Below are positions 9,575-18,191 of a DNA stretch of 64,000 nucleotides, in pieces; within the stretch, counting starts at the first letter, position 1, and every line of letters begins with the position of its first letter. Made by a program: the position numbers and the translations under genes. The notes below the pieces were generated by a model that made no database searches, was not told where the DNA came from, and was given only the letters and a program-made list of their open reading frames with translations. Source of the DNA: a virus. Lineage: Duplodnaviria > Caudoviricetes. Location: positions 1-64,000 of the IMG/VR virus record IMGVR_UViG_3300014039_000022; one strand, 5' to 3'.

Positions 9575-9605
9575 AAGCCATATCTTCGGATATGGCTTTT
9601 TTTTT
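9575..9605 (+). terminator. Intrinsic terminator between Ubl and E2-like genes
   Basis: AAGCCATATC-TTCG-GATATGGCTT perfect stem with cUUCGg loop, followed by a T run to 9605. Confidence 0.85.
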
Positions 9606-9612
9606 ATTTGAT

Positions 9613-10548
9613 ATGAATTGTTTTGACGACATCAAGTCCGCCGCCGAGGATATGTTCGGGACGGATAACGTTGACTTGCAGTGTACGCTTGCTGACAGGC
9701 CGAAACTTGTGATACATTGGGACGAGGTTGAGGTATCAAATGAGAATGACGAGAAACATACAATATATGATGTGTATGTCAAAATCACATTTACAGAAAG
9801 CGCAAGCATTGTCGGGTTTGATATGACGCGCTCGACCCTTACAACCAACGAGATGAGATGCGGCTATGTATTTTCGCATCTTCCGAGACAATATAACAAT
9901 GTCATGAACTATCTCGTCCCATGTTTGGGTGGAGGTCCGATAAAGACCACAATGACTACACTGGCATCAAGTTATAACCCGGATATATTCAGGTTGTTTC
10001 TTGTAGAGCTTGACAGATACATAAGAACCGAATCAATATCTGGCGGCCCGTATATAAGAATGGGAGAAGTGGCAAACAGATACTCAATGGATTATATTAT
10101 CAAAGGTATAGATATAAATAATATTCCCGATAATTATATATGCGACCTGTTTGACTATATAATGTCTGTCAGTCCCGTAAAACCATTGTATCATGACAAA
10201 TATAATATATATTTTGGAATGACAATCCCCCTTGTGTGCAAACTTACCGAATTAACCCTTGATTATCTTCGGCATAAAGACAACTATAAAGACAGCGATA
10301 TTGACTCATACCTTATAATAGGAGCCATCGCTGACGGAAGGCTATATATATCATCGTCTTGTAATCCCATGCTTGATGGAAACAACATGAGAACCTCAAT
10401 ATATTTCAAAGGTAGGAATGTTGAGTTCAAAAAGATAGGCGTTGAATCAAACGAAGACACGTATATTATAATACCGGAGGTGGCGCGGGGATTGATAACA
10501 TTGCTTTACAGGTATTATCTGATTAACAATAAAGAAAATGGACAATAG
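9613..10548 (+). CDS. Putative prokaryotic E2-like conjugating enzyme
   Basis: YVFSHLP...PCLGGG (His 9877, Cys 9922) resembles the E2 H...C-L-G active-site arrangement; context between Ubl and JAB. Confidence 0.6.
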   Translation: MNCFDDIKSAAEDMFGTDNVDLQCTLADRPKLVIHWDEVEVSNENDEKHTIYDVYVKITFTESASIVGFDMTRSTLTTNEMRCGYVFSHLPRQYNNVMNYLVPCLGGGPIKTTMTTLASSYNPDIFRLFLVELDRYIRTESISGGPYIRMGEVANRYSMDYIIKGIDINNIPDNYICDLFDYIMSVSPVKPLYHDKYNIYFGMTIPLVCKLTELTLDYLRHKDNYKDSDIDSYLIIGAIADGRLYISSSCNPMLDGNNMRTSIYFKGRNVEFKKIGVESNEDTYIIIPEVARGLITLLYRYYLINNKENGQ

Positions 10549-11518
10549 CGATTATAAAATAAGAGAATCTGACACCAGATTCAAACTTGTCATATCGGAA
10601 AAGGTTGAATCAAAGATAAGATGGTGGTGTTCAAAACTGCCGGACAACGAGTGGAGCGGAGTGTTGTATTACGACTACAAAGGCTCGTTCAAAAACAAAG
10701 ACATCACATTCGAGGCTGTTGACTTCCTTGTGCTTGATATTGGCACAAGTGAACATACAGAGTTTGCAGAAGACGAGAGGATAATAAGTTACGCTTGTAG
10801 CCAAGGTCTTTTAAATCAGCAAGTTGGATTACTCCACAGCCATAATAGAATGGTTGCTTTTTACAGCGGCGAGGATACACAGACGCTAATAAAGGAAGGC
10901 TCGGCAAGGAATCATTTTCTTTCCTTGGTTGTAAACAACAAGGGTGAGTATGTAGCCGCCATAACAAGAAAGGTAAAGATTAAGTCAAGCGAAATCATCT
11001 CGACTTATAAGACATTTGGTAATTCCGACGTCACCGAGACACGAGACAACGTTGTTGTCGACGAGTTTATAGAGAAGATAAACCTTGATGTCGTCATACC
11101 GAAAAACAGCGAGGAATCCGTGCTTGTTGAACTTGTCGGAAACAGCGTGACTCCGATATCCAAAGAGCATCTGTATTTTGGCGACGATAAGCCACATAGA
11201 AATGATTATCCGACATTATTCAAGGACGAATCCAATATTGTGGATAATGGTAAGATTACTCAAATATATAATAGATTGGCGACAGCCTCTCTTGGTTGGG
11301 TTCCATGCGATAAAAAGTTAAAATTCGACAGAAGCCTTGATAAGATTTCAAACGACGATGATGAAACCATATATAATTTTATCATTTCACAGATTGAGAA
11401 CTTGTCGGTTGAAGAACTTAAAGCACTTTATGACATGCTTTCCAAACTTGATGATTCTGTATATGTGGACATGTGTTTAGAATGCATAAACAACAATATT
11501 GAATACTATGAGTGTTAA
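10538..11518 (+). CDS. JAB/MPN+ metallo-isopeptidase
   Basis: Catalytic E (NEWSG, 10649) and HSH-x7-S-x2-D (HSHNRMVAFYSGED, from 10835). Confidence 0.85.
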   Translation: MDNSDYKIRESDTRFKLVISEKVESKIRWWCSKLPDNEWSGVLYYDYKGSFKNKDITFEAVDFLVLDIGTSEHTEFAEDERIISYACSQGLLNQQVGLLHSHNRMVAFYSGEDTQTLIKEGSARNHFLSLVVNNKGEYVAAITRKVKIKSSEIISTYKTFGNSDVTETRDNVVVDEFIEKINLDVVIPKNSEESVLVELVGNSVTPISKEHLYFGDDKPHRNDYPTLFKDESNIVDNGKITQIYNRLATASLGWVPCDKKLKFDRSLDKISNDDDETIYNFIISQIENLSVEELKALYDMLSKLDDSVYVDMCLECINNNIEYYEC

Positions 11519-12380
11519 TATAACAAATGAGGATATAAACGAAATCCTCGGAACAAACGTGGCGGATAACACCTCCTCCGGAAATACATTTATAGCCGAT
11601 AGTGACAATACGGAAAATAATAATGATTCTGTACAAGATGAACACACAAATAATGTGGATATAAAAATATTATCAGACTACGGTGTATCCGCCATGGCCT
11701 CGCGGAGATACAGCGGCGCACCGTGGTTTAAGGCGTGCTCGGAAATAAACGTTGAGGTTGTGGGCGCCGGGGGAATATCAAGCTGGACAGTACTTGCGTT
11801 GTCAAGACTTAATCTTAAAGGTATATATATCATCGACGATGATGAAGTGTCTGCCTATAATATGGCGGGACAGTTTTTCGGCCCCATGAATATAGGCGGA
11901 CACAAAGTGTCTGAATTAGTCGATAATGTGAAACTTTTCTCCCCCAATATTAATATGAACATGTCACGGTCGCGGTTTTACTCAGACACATCTATACGGA
12001 AATATATCGATATAATTATCACCGGTGTTGATTTGATGGCTTCGAGATGGGCTGTGTATAATAGCGCCAAAGCGTCCGGATTCACAGGCTTGTATATAGA
12101 CGGCAGACTGTCTGCGGATACACTTCAAGTGATTTGCTTTAGGTTTGATGATATCAAATCAAGAAGAAGATATGAGGAAAATTATATGTTTAATGACATG
12201 GATGCCGACACCACAATATGTTCATTCAAACAGACTACATATATGGCTATGATGATAGGCTCTGTGATATGTAATCTTGTAGTGAATTATGCCAACAACA
12301 AGGTTAATCTTGTGGAGTATAACCTTCCGTTCTTTACGGAATATAACTCGATAAAAATGTCATTGGAGGAATTGAGATGA
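11499..12380 (+). CDS. ThiF/E1-like activating enzyme
   Basis: VVGAGGISS nucleotide-binding loop, IDDDEV..YNMAGQFF, K, TGVD..SR, IDGR; candidate catalytic Cys in TICSFKQT (12219). Confidence 0.88.
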   Translation: MNTMSVNITNEDINEILGTNVADNTSSGNTFIADSDNTENNNDSVQDEHTNNVDIKILSDYGVSAMASRRYSGAPWFKACSEINVEVVGAGGISSWTVLALSRLNLKGIYIIDDDEVSAYNMAGQFFGPMNIGGHKVSELVDNVKLFSPNINMNMSRSRFYSDTSIRKYIDIIITGVDLMASRWAVYNSAKASGFTGLYIDGRLSADTLQVICFRFDDIKSRRRYEENYMFNDMDADTTICSFKQTTYMAMMIGSVICNLVVNYANNKVNLVEYNLPFFTEYNSIKMSLEELR

Positions 12381-12871
12381 CAAAAAGCGAGCGCGTAGTT
12401 TTTGCGTTAAGAGAAAAACATTCGTTTCTAAGATATGAGACAATGCAATCAGTGCGGTTTTATGTTATAACCGCCAATGACGGATATTGTTTTGTCAACG
12501 GAGATAAGAATTTGATTCTACCCATGACCTCATATTGCTACAGGAGTAACGACTATAACATATCACCTATGACTAAAAAGGTTATATCTGATATGATTAT
12601 AGACAGGTGTTGTCAAAATCTTGTAGGACACTTTGAGTACACAAGTAATGATGGTGATATATTCTGTGAATATGGCTGTGTATACTCCAAAAAAGGTATC
12701 ATATACTGCATATCTGTTAAAAACACAAATACAGGAAACATAAAAATAATCATAAACAGTATATATAAAAACAGCGATTTTCTTAAATGTGTCATAAAAA
12801 GTTTATTGAGTGCGGAGCGTGTAGTTTATGACGAGATTGTTATTGGCTCAATAACCGATTATATAAAATAA
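12377..12871 (+). CDS. Hypothetical protein translationally coupled to E1
   Basis: ATGA overlap with the E1 stop; AT-rich, Cys-rich 164 aa. Confidence 0.55.
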   Translation: MTKSERVVFALREKHSFLRYETMQSVRFYVITANDGYCFVNGDKNLILPMTSYCYRSNDYNISPMTKKVISDMIIDRCCQNLVGHFEYTSNDGDIFCEYGCVYSKKGIIYCISVKNTNTGNIKIIINSIYKNSDFLKCVIKSLLSAERVVYDEIVIGSITDYIK

Positions 12872-13344
12872 TGGAAAATAAAAAAATAATAGGCGCCACA
12901 GAGAATGTGACTGACGGTATAGAGTTCAAGTCAAAACTTGAGGCGAGGGTTTATAAGGAGTTGGTTAAACTTGGTTATAATACCGAGTATGAGCCTTTGA
13001 CATCAACACTTCTGGATAGTTTCACCCCGTCAAAACCGTGGTGTCTCGATGGCGTCCCGAGAGTCACAAAAAACGGAAGCCCAGAGAGGATAAGGCGTTG
13101 GGAATACACTCCTGATTTTGTCGTAAGAATAGGTGATGATTTCCTCGTGCTTGAGTGCAAGGGTTACTCCAACGACTTGCATCCGTACAAACGTAAGATG
13201 TTCCTCAAAAACATAGATTTGGCGACTCATTGGTACTATGCGGAAATCCATACGCTTAAGGGATTAAGAAAAACAATGGAATGGTTTAACAAAATAACTC
13301 AACAAACGAATGAAAAGTCTTTACGAGATAAGTTGGAAGGTTGA
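12871..13344 (+). CDS. PD-(D/E)xK endonuclease (DUF1064/endonuclease I-like)
   Basis: DGIEFKSKLE, YTPDF, ECKG motifs. Confidence 0.8.
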   Translation: MENKKIIGATENVTDGIEFKSKLEARVYKELVKLGYNTEYEPLTSTLLDSFTPSKPWCLDGVPRVTKNGSPERIRRWEYTPDFVVRIGDDFLVLECKGYSNDLHPYKRKMFLKNIDLATHWYYAEIHTLKGLRKTMEWFNKITQQTNEKSLRDKLEG

Positions 13345-14347
13345 TGAACCTACATACCGCAAGGATGAGGCGTATTCGTATTCAACGATAGCCAGGTTTG
13401 ACAGAGAGGGATTCAAGGGGTTGCCAACCCTTTTTGACAGGATAAGCACACCGTCACTCACTTTCGGCAGCATGGTAGACACGCTGCTTACCGACGGCGA
13501 GGACGCTTTCAACGAGAGATTCGCCGTGGTTGACTTCCCGAAACTGAGCGACTCTCTCATACTGGTGACAAAACGTCTTGCCGATGAGTTTCCCGAAGCG
13601 TTGAACTTGTCAGACATAGACGACTTCGACATCGCCAGGATAGGGGCTGAATGCGGTTATTATGCCGGTAAGTCTTATGAATCAACAAGGGTGCGCAATA
13701 TAAGGAGGGATTGCAACGAGTATTTCGATTCCTTGGTTTGCTGCGGCGGCAAGGAGGTTGTCTCATCGCAGGATTACGCCGACTGCATAGCCTCGGTAGA
13801 CTCGTTGAGGACATCACCAGCCACCGAGTTTTATTTCAGACAGGACGGAATCGACAATATCGAGAGGCAGTATCAGCTGAAATTCAAGGGCGAATACGAA
13901 GGTATCAAACTAAGATGCATGATGGATTTATGCCTTATTGACCACAAGAATAAGATGATAACTCCTTGCGACTTGAAGACATCATCGCATCTTGAGTATG
14001 AGTTCCCGTTGAGTTTTATCAAATGGCGCTATATGATTCAGGCGCAATTATACTATGAGTTGCTGCGTCAGAATGTAGTCAAGGATGACTATTTCAAGGA
14101 CTTCAAGATTAACAACTATATCTTTATTGTAGTCAACAGGAACAGCAGGAATCCTCTCGCCTGGGAATATAAGGATACAAAATCCATAACAGACCTTGCA
14201 TACGGCAGGAATGGTGAGTATCTTTGCAAAAACTGGAGAAACATCGTCAAGGAACTGGATTGCTACCTCAAGGAGAACCCTAAGGTTCCGGTTGGAGTCA
14301 GCGAGACAGAGCCGAACGACATAATTGGTTATCTTAACAAAGTTTAA
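13310..14347 (+). CDS. PD-(D/E)xK exonuclease (RecE/ExoVIII-like)
   Basis: SYS, FGSMVD, RCMMD...DLKTS, YMIQAQLY. Confidence 0.8.
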   Translation: MKSLYEISWKVDEPTYRKDEAYSYSTIARFDREGFKGLPTLFDRISTPSLTFGSMVDTLLTDGEDAFNERFAVVDFPKLSDSLILVTKRLADEFPEALNLSDIDDFDIARIGAECGYYAGKSYESTRVRNIRRDCNEYFDSLVCCGGKEVVSSQDYADCIASVDSLRTSPATEFYFRQDGIDNIERQYQLKFKGEYEGIKLRCMMDLCLIDHKNKMITPCDLKTSSHLEYEFPLSFIKWRYMIQAQLYYELLRQNVVKDDYFKDFKINNYIFIVVNRNSRNPLAWEYKDTKSITDLAYGRNGEYLCKNWRNIVKELDCYLKENPKVPVGVSETEPNDIIGYLNKV

Positions 14348-14428
14348 TTTATTAAATACGCCAGAAAGGATGGCGGAGGGTGCGAGTCCCTTATTGAAAT
14401 AAGTAGAGAAGTAGTTTTACGTATCGTA

Positions 14429-14463
14429 TAATAAAGCCACAGCGTCAATCTGTGGCTTTATTA
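14429..14463. terminator. Probable bidirectional terminator hairpin
   Basis: TAATAAAGCCACAG-7nt-CTGTGGCTTTATTA perfect 14-bp inverted repeat. Confidence 0.7.
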
Positions 14464-14484
14464 AATTTGATAAATAAGAAAGAA

Positions 14485-14967
14485 ATGAGACAAAAAATAT
14501 ATATAAAGAAAGTAAACAGAGGCGCATACGTCCCTGAATTTATAGACAAGGGCGAATGGGTGGATCTAAAAGCATGTCCTGAATATGAAAAACACGAATA
14601 CAAAAAGGATGACTTTGCGTTGCTGCCTCTTGGAGTGGCGATGAAACTTCCCAAGGGATTTGAAGCCAATATCGTGTCAAGAAGCAGCACGTTCAAAAAG
14701 TTCGGATTCATACAGGTAAACTCATTCGGGATTATAGATAACTCATACAGCGGAAATAATGACGAATGGAAAGACCCTGTATATTTCCTTAAAGATGGAG
14801 TCGTTTCTTACGGTGACAGAATTTGCCAGTTCAGGCTTAACCTCAGTCAGAAGGCGACTGTATGGCAAAAAATCAAGTGGCTATTCACAAGCGGTTTTGA
14901 GTTTGTGGAGGTTGATTCCCTTGGAAGCGAAAACAGGGGCGGGTTTGGTTCAACAGGAGTAAAATAG
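14485..14967 (+). CDS. dut: Trimeric dUTPase
   Basis: VDL, SRSS, GIIDNSYSG, GDRICQ, RGGFGSTG motifs. Confidence 0.93.
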   Translation: MRQKIYIKKVNRGAYVPEFIDKGEWVDLKACPEYEKHEYKKDDFALLPLGVAMKLPKGFEANIVSRSSTFKKFGFIQVNSFGIIDNSYSGNNDEWKDPVYFLKDGVVSYGDRICQFRLNLSQKATVWQKIKWLFTSGFEFVEVDSLGSENRGGFGSTGVK

Positions 14968-14974
14968 AAGGTTT

Positions 14975-15484
14975 ATGGCTACAGTTGTATCAATAATACT
15001 TATTGTTGTAATCCTTGCGGTGATTGGAACCAAAAGCCTATATGACTTTAATTTGAAAAATCAGGCAAAGCTGAGTTTCGGCAAGACGTTCAAAAAGACG
15101 GGTACTCCCATAGTCACCCTCAAGGACAGAACAGGCAAGGCTTTTAACTTCCTTGTTGATACGGGGAGCAACCTGTCCCACCTCAAACTTGGGGTTGTGA
15201 AGTCAATCGCTGACGCCGAAAAGGTGAGGCTTGTCGACAAGGACGGAAACGATATGCCTGCAAGGACCATAACAACAGCCGGCGGGGAGGTTATGCCTGA
15301 CGAGTACTACAGACTCACCCTATTCAGCGGAGACAAGATGCTTACAGAGGTGTTTGAGGTATTCGATATTGGCAGCGCGTTTGATGGCTGGGGTATTGAA
15401 ATCCATGGTATCTTGGGAAACACATTCCTTGAGGAACACAAGTATGTGATAGACTTCAAGGATAAAAACATGTACATAAAATGA
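14975..15484 (+). CDS. Membrane-anchored retropepsin-like aspartyl protease
   Basis: N-terminal TM helix; FLVDTGS and GILG motifs. Confidence 0.85.
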   Translation: MATVVSIILIVVILAVIGTKSLYDFNLKNQAKLSFGKTFKKTGTPIVTLKDRTGKAFNFLVDTGSNLSHLKLGVVKSIADAEKVRLVDKDGNDMPARTITTAGGEVMPDEYYRLTLFSGDKMLTEVFEVFDIGSAFDGWGIEIHGILGNTFLEEHKYVIDFKDKNMYIK

Positions 15485-17256
15485 TTCTATTCGGGAAGAC
15501 AGTTTTTACCTACAGTGTCGTCACGCAACGAGACTGTATCGATTTCTCAATGGTGAATACCGAGACAAACGGTATTCGCCATTATGAGATAAGCAGTGTT
15601 TATAATCAGTTAGACAAGATTATATCAAGTCTGATGTGTGGCGATGTTTACTGGTGTGCATATAATGGAAGATATCATGATGAGACAATACTTAATTATT
15701 GTATAATCAATTATAATGAGTTAAAGAATAAGTCTATAGGTGATATTATCTTTCGGATAGACTCATTTGCTGATATTGTGCATACTCATCCTTATCAGGA
15801 CTGGATAAACTATAAGCATGCGTATAAGTTTAACTCTTTTGATTTGGCTCCTCTTTTTTATAATAAAGGTATAGTCCAATTTGAAGATGCTGTATTTGAA
15901 TGTCTTAAAAAGGTTGTTGATAGTAACATAAAAGTACCAAAAGGTTGTTTTTTAGATAGACGCACCTATTCAAGAGAGTTGTCAAAAAGTAACGCTTTAA
16001 TCTATAATGAGCTTCTTGTAGAAAAATCTACAGATGTATTCTTCAGAGAGTTTATAGAAAGAGAATATCCAATACGTGTTATGAATGACAACATAACTAC
16101 TATAGGTACGAAGCTGTTTAAGTTGTTTTATAATACAAAATCAATATTCAAACCTATAGACAACAGATATTCTAGTATATCCATAAACGACATAATACCA
16201 AAAAGTTACAACTTTAACTTTGCAGGAAATAATGCATTCCTTTCAGAGTTAAGGAATATCAACATAAATCCGGATTATGTATTATCTGTGGTTTTACCTG
16301 AAAGAATAGCAACTCTTACATCGGGCGGACTTAAAGGGTTTGCAGAAAAAGGTGTATTTGATAATAAATCAAAACATATCTATTATGTTGATTTCAAATC
16401 AGCATGGCCTTCTGTTGCTATAAACTTTAAAATAACGCCCGACAAGATGAGTCCAGGCGCGTTTTCATATGCGCTAGAAACAATGCTTAAACTTAGGGGT
16501 TGCAATGATTCCGGCAAGACTTATTCAGAGCAATTCAAACTTGCCACTAACTCTTTTATAGGTAGTCTGATGCTTGAGACTTCTGGCGTACACGACTTTA
16601 AGGCGTTTATGACGATAAAGGTCATGTCGGCTCTTGAGACCATAAGCCTCATTGAGTCGCTTGGTGATATTGATGTGTTGCAGATAAACAACGACGGTAT
16701 TGTCTTTATGTCAGACAAGACAAAGAACGCGATTCGTCTTGAACTTGACGAGTGGGAGGAAAAGCATAACATACAACTTAATTTCAAGGAATACAAGTTG
16801 TTTTGCCAATACTCCATAAACGATTGGTTCGCCGTTGTCTCCGACTTAAACATCATTACAAGCGGATTCTTCAAATACGGCTCGTCAAAATACCCGCTCG
16901 CTTCCGCCGAGGCTGCGAGAATAGCCATAACAGACAATATAAATGTCGATGCGGCGATGAGTTACATAGACACATCAATGTTTGAGTTGCGCAGGAAAGC
17001 CCCTGAGGGTAAAAAATTCATATTGAAGTCACCCGATGGACAATACATTGATTCGGGAAGACATATCTCGTTCGTGTTCGCAAAAAAAGGTGTTGATATA
17101 TATCTGATAAACAACGATAATACCGAACCTAAGTTATATTTGAAAAGCACAACATACAGCAGATGTGCATATAATATGATTGATATCATGCTTTACACCA
17201 GAATAGCATATCAGTTATATTCCGAGTTAACCATAACGCAACAAAAGTTATTTTGA
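15481..17256 (+). CDS. Family B DNA polymerase-like protein, divergent
   Basis: Motif A VDFKSAWPS, motif B KLATNSFIG, motif C QINNDGI, ExoII-like AYNGRYHD; several canonical residues substituted. Confidence 0.75.
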   Translation: MILFGKTVFTYSVVTQRDCIDFSMVNTETNGIRHYEISSVYNQLDKIISSLMCGDVYWCAYNGRYHDETILNYCIINYNELKNKSIGDIIFRIDSFADIVHTHPYQDWINYKHAYKFNSFDLAPLFYNKGIVQFEDAVFECLKKVVDSNIKVPKGCFLDRRTYSRELSKSNALIYNELLVEKSTDVFFREFIEREYPIRVMNDNITTIGTKLFKLFYNTKSIFKPIDNRYSSISINDIIPKSYNFNFAGNNAFLSELRNININPDYVLSVVLPERIATLTSGGLKGFAEKGVFDNKSKHIYYVDFKSAWPSVAINFKITPDKMSPGAFSYALETMLKLRGCNDSGKTYSEQFKLATNSFIGSLMLETSGVHDFKAFMTIKVMSALETISLIESLGDIDVLQINNDGIVFMSDKTKNAIRLELDEWEEKHNIQLNFKEYKLFCQYSINDWFAVVSDLNIITSGFFKYGSSKYPLASAEAARIAITDNINVDAAMSYIDTSMFELRRKAPEGKKFILKSPDGQYIDSGRHISFVFAKKGVDIYLINNDNTEPKLYLKSTTYSRCAYNMIDIMLYTRIAYQLYSELTITQQKLF

Positions 17257-17519
17257 TTATGAGAAACAGCGGGGTTATAGAATTGTTCTCGCAGAGGGAG
17301 GAGGCATCAAACCAATACCTCATAAGCGACAGCGACAGGCTGTATTGCGGAGACACCTGTATAGCAGAGTGGGACTATCCGTTGCTTTACGTCAACAACA
17401 ACGCGGAATACAACGGGTATATAAAGACTCTTGAGAATATCCTTGACGAGGATATTGAGGTTATATTTGTAAACAATGCGCCTGTGGGCGCGTCTAAATT
17501 ATCAAACATAAACATATGA
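17253..17519 (+). CDS. Hypothetical protein
   Basis: 88-aa ORF tiled in operon. Confidence 0.55.
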   Translation: MIMRNSGVIELFSQREEASNQYLISDSDRLYCGDTCIAEWDYPLLYVNNNAEYNGYIKTLENILDEDIEVIFVNNAPVGASKLSNINI

Positions 17520-17794
17520 AACGAATAGGATTCAAAGCCGGCGGTGATGTTGAGCCGGTTGAAAGGGAGATTCAGCATCAGGATTACTACAAGACAAAGA
17601 GCGGACTTGAGTGCATAGATGTCGCGCAGGAGTTCGACTTTAACCTTGGAAACGCCATAAAGTATATCTGGCGCGCAGGGAAGAAGTTCGAGAACGGTAT
17701 GTCAATGAGGAATAAAGCCATCGAGGACTTGCGAAAAGCCAAGGTTTATATCGATTACGAGATACTAAAAATTGAAAACAATGGAAGAGAGTAA
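17516..17794 (+). CDS. DUF3310 / T7 gp1.7-like nucleotide kinase family protein
   Basis: H.DYY..GLECID..FNLGNAIKYIWRAGKK..EDLRKA..Y. Confidence 0.85.
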   Translation: MKRIGFKAGGDVEPVEREIQHQDYYKTKSGLECIDVAQEFDFNLGNAIKYIWRAGKKFENGMSMRNKAIEDLRKAKVYIDYEILKIENNGRE

Positions 17795-18047
17795 CGCCCC
17801 TTATAACGACAATAAGGTGCCTGTCATGGTTGACGTGTGTGTCTCGATGACTCTTCACAAGAGCGTGCGCGTGTGCGTAAGCGACTACGAGGAGACAAAC
17901 TACGGACCTGACGAGGATGGCAACCTTGATATCGAGCGCAAGTTCGACACGCCTGTGCTTATAGATGCTGTCAGACGGCAGATAGACCTTCCGTATGAGA
18001 AAGTCAAGGGTTGGTGTATCGACGAGTTCGAGGTGGTGGAGGAGTAG
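17772..18047 (+). CDS. Hypothetical acidic protein
   Basis: ORF tiled in operon; ends GWCIDEFEVVEE. Confidence 0.6.
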   Translation: MKTMEESNAPYNDNKVPVMVDVCVSMTLHKSVRVCVSDYEETNYGPDEDGNLDIERKFDTPVLIDAVRRQIDLPYEKVKGWCIDEFEVVEE

Positions 18048-18050
18048 ATT

Positions 18051-18191
18051 ATGGCTAAACTCAACGACAGGCAGATAGAGCGCTACGAGAGCGAGAGTGA
18101 GTCATATGAGCGCTTCAATAAAAAGAAAAGAAATGATTATAAACCAAACAAGAAGGAGAAACACAAATGGAAGAGAGATTCAAATCAGTAA
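18051..18191 (+). CDS. Small charged protein (46 aa, not in ORF track)
   Basis: ATG 18051 to TAA 18191: MAKLNDRQIERYESESESYERFNKKKRNDYKPNKKEKHKWKRDSNQ; fills the gap. Confidence 0.45.
   Translation: MAKLNDRQIERYESESESYERFNKKKRNDYKPNKKEKHKWKRDSNQ

Noticed and set aside
9550-9612. N-terminal extension of the E2-like ORF from GTG 9550
   Set aside because: It runs through the terminator hairpin and T tract; ATG 9613 is the more plausible start.
11499-12380. ThiF as a thiamine/molybdopterin biosynthesis or microcin-maturation gene
   Set aside because: No thiS/thiG/moaE/sulfurtransferase or peptide-export genes in the window; neighbours are JAB, E2-like and Ubl-like genes.
14355-14430. Complete tRNA gene
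   Set aside because: Only a T-arm-like hairpin; no acceptor stem or anticodon arm can be built.
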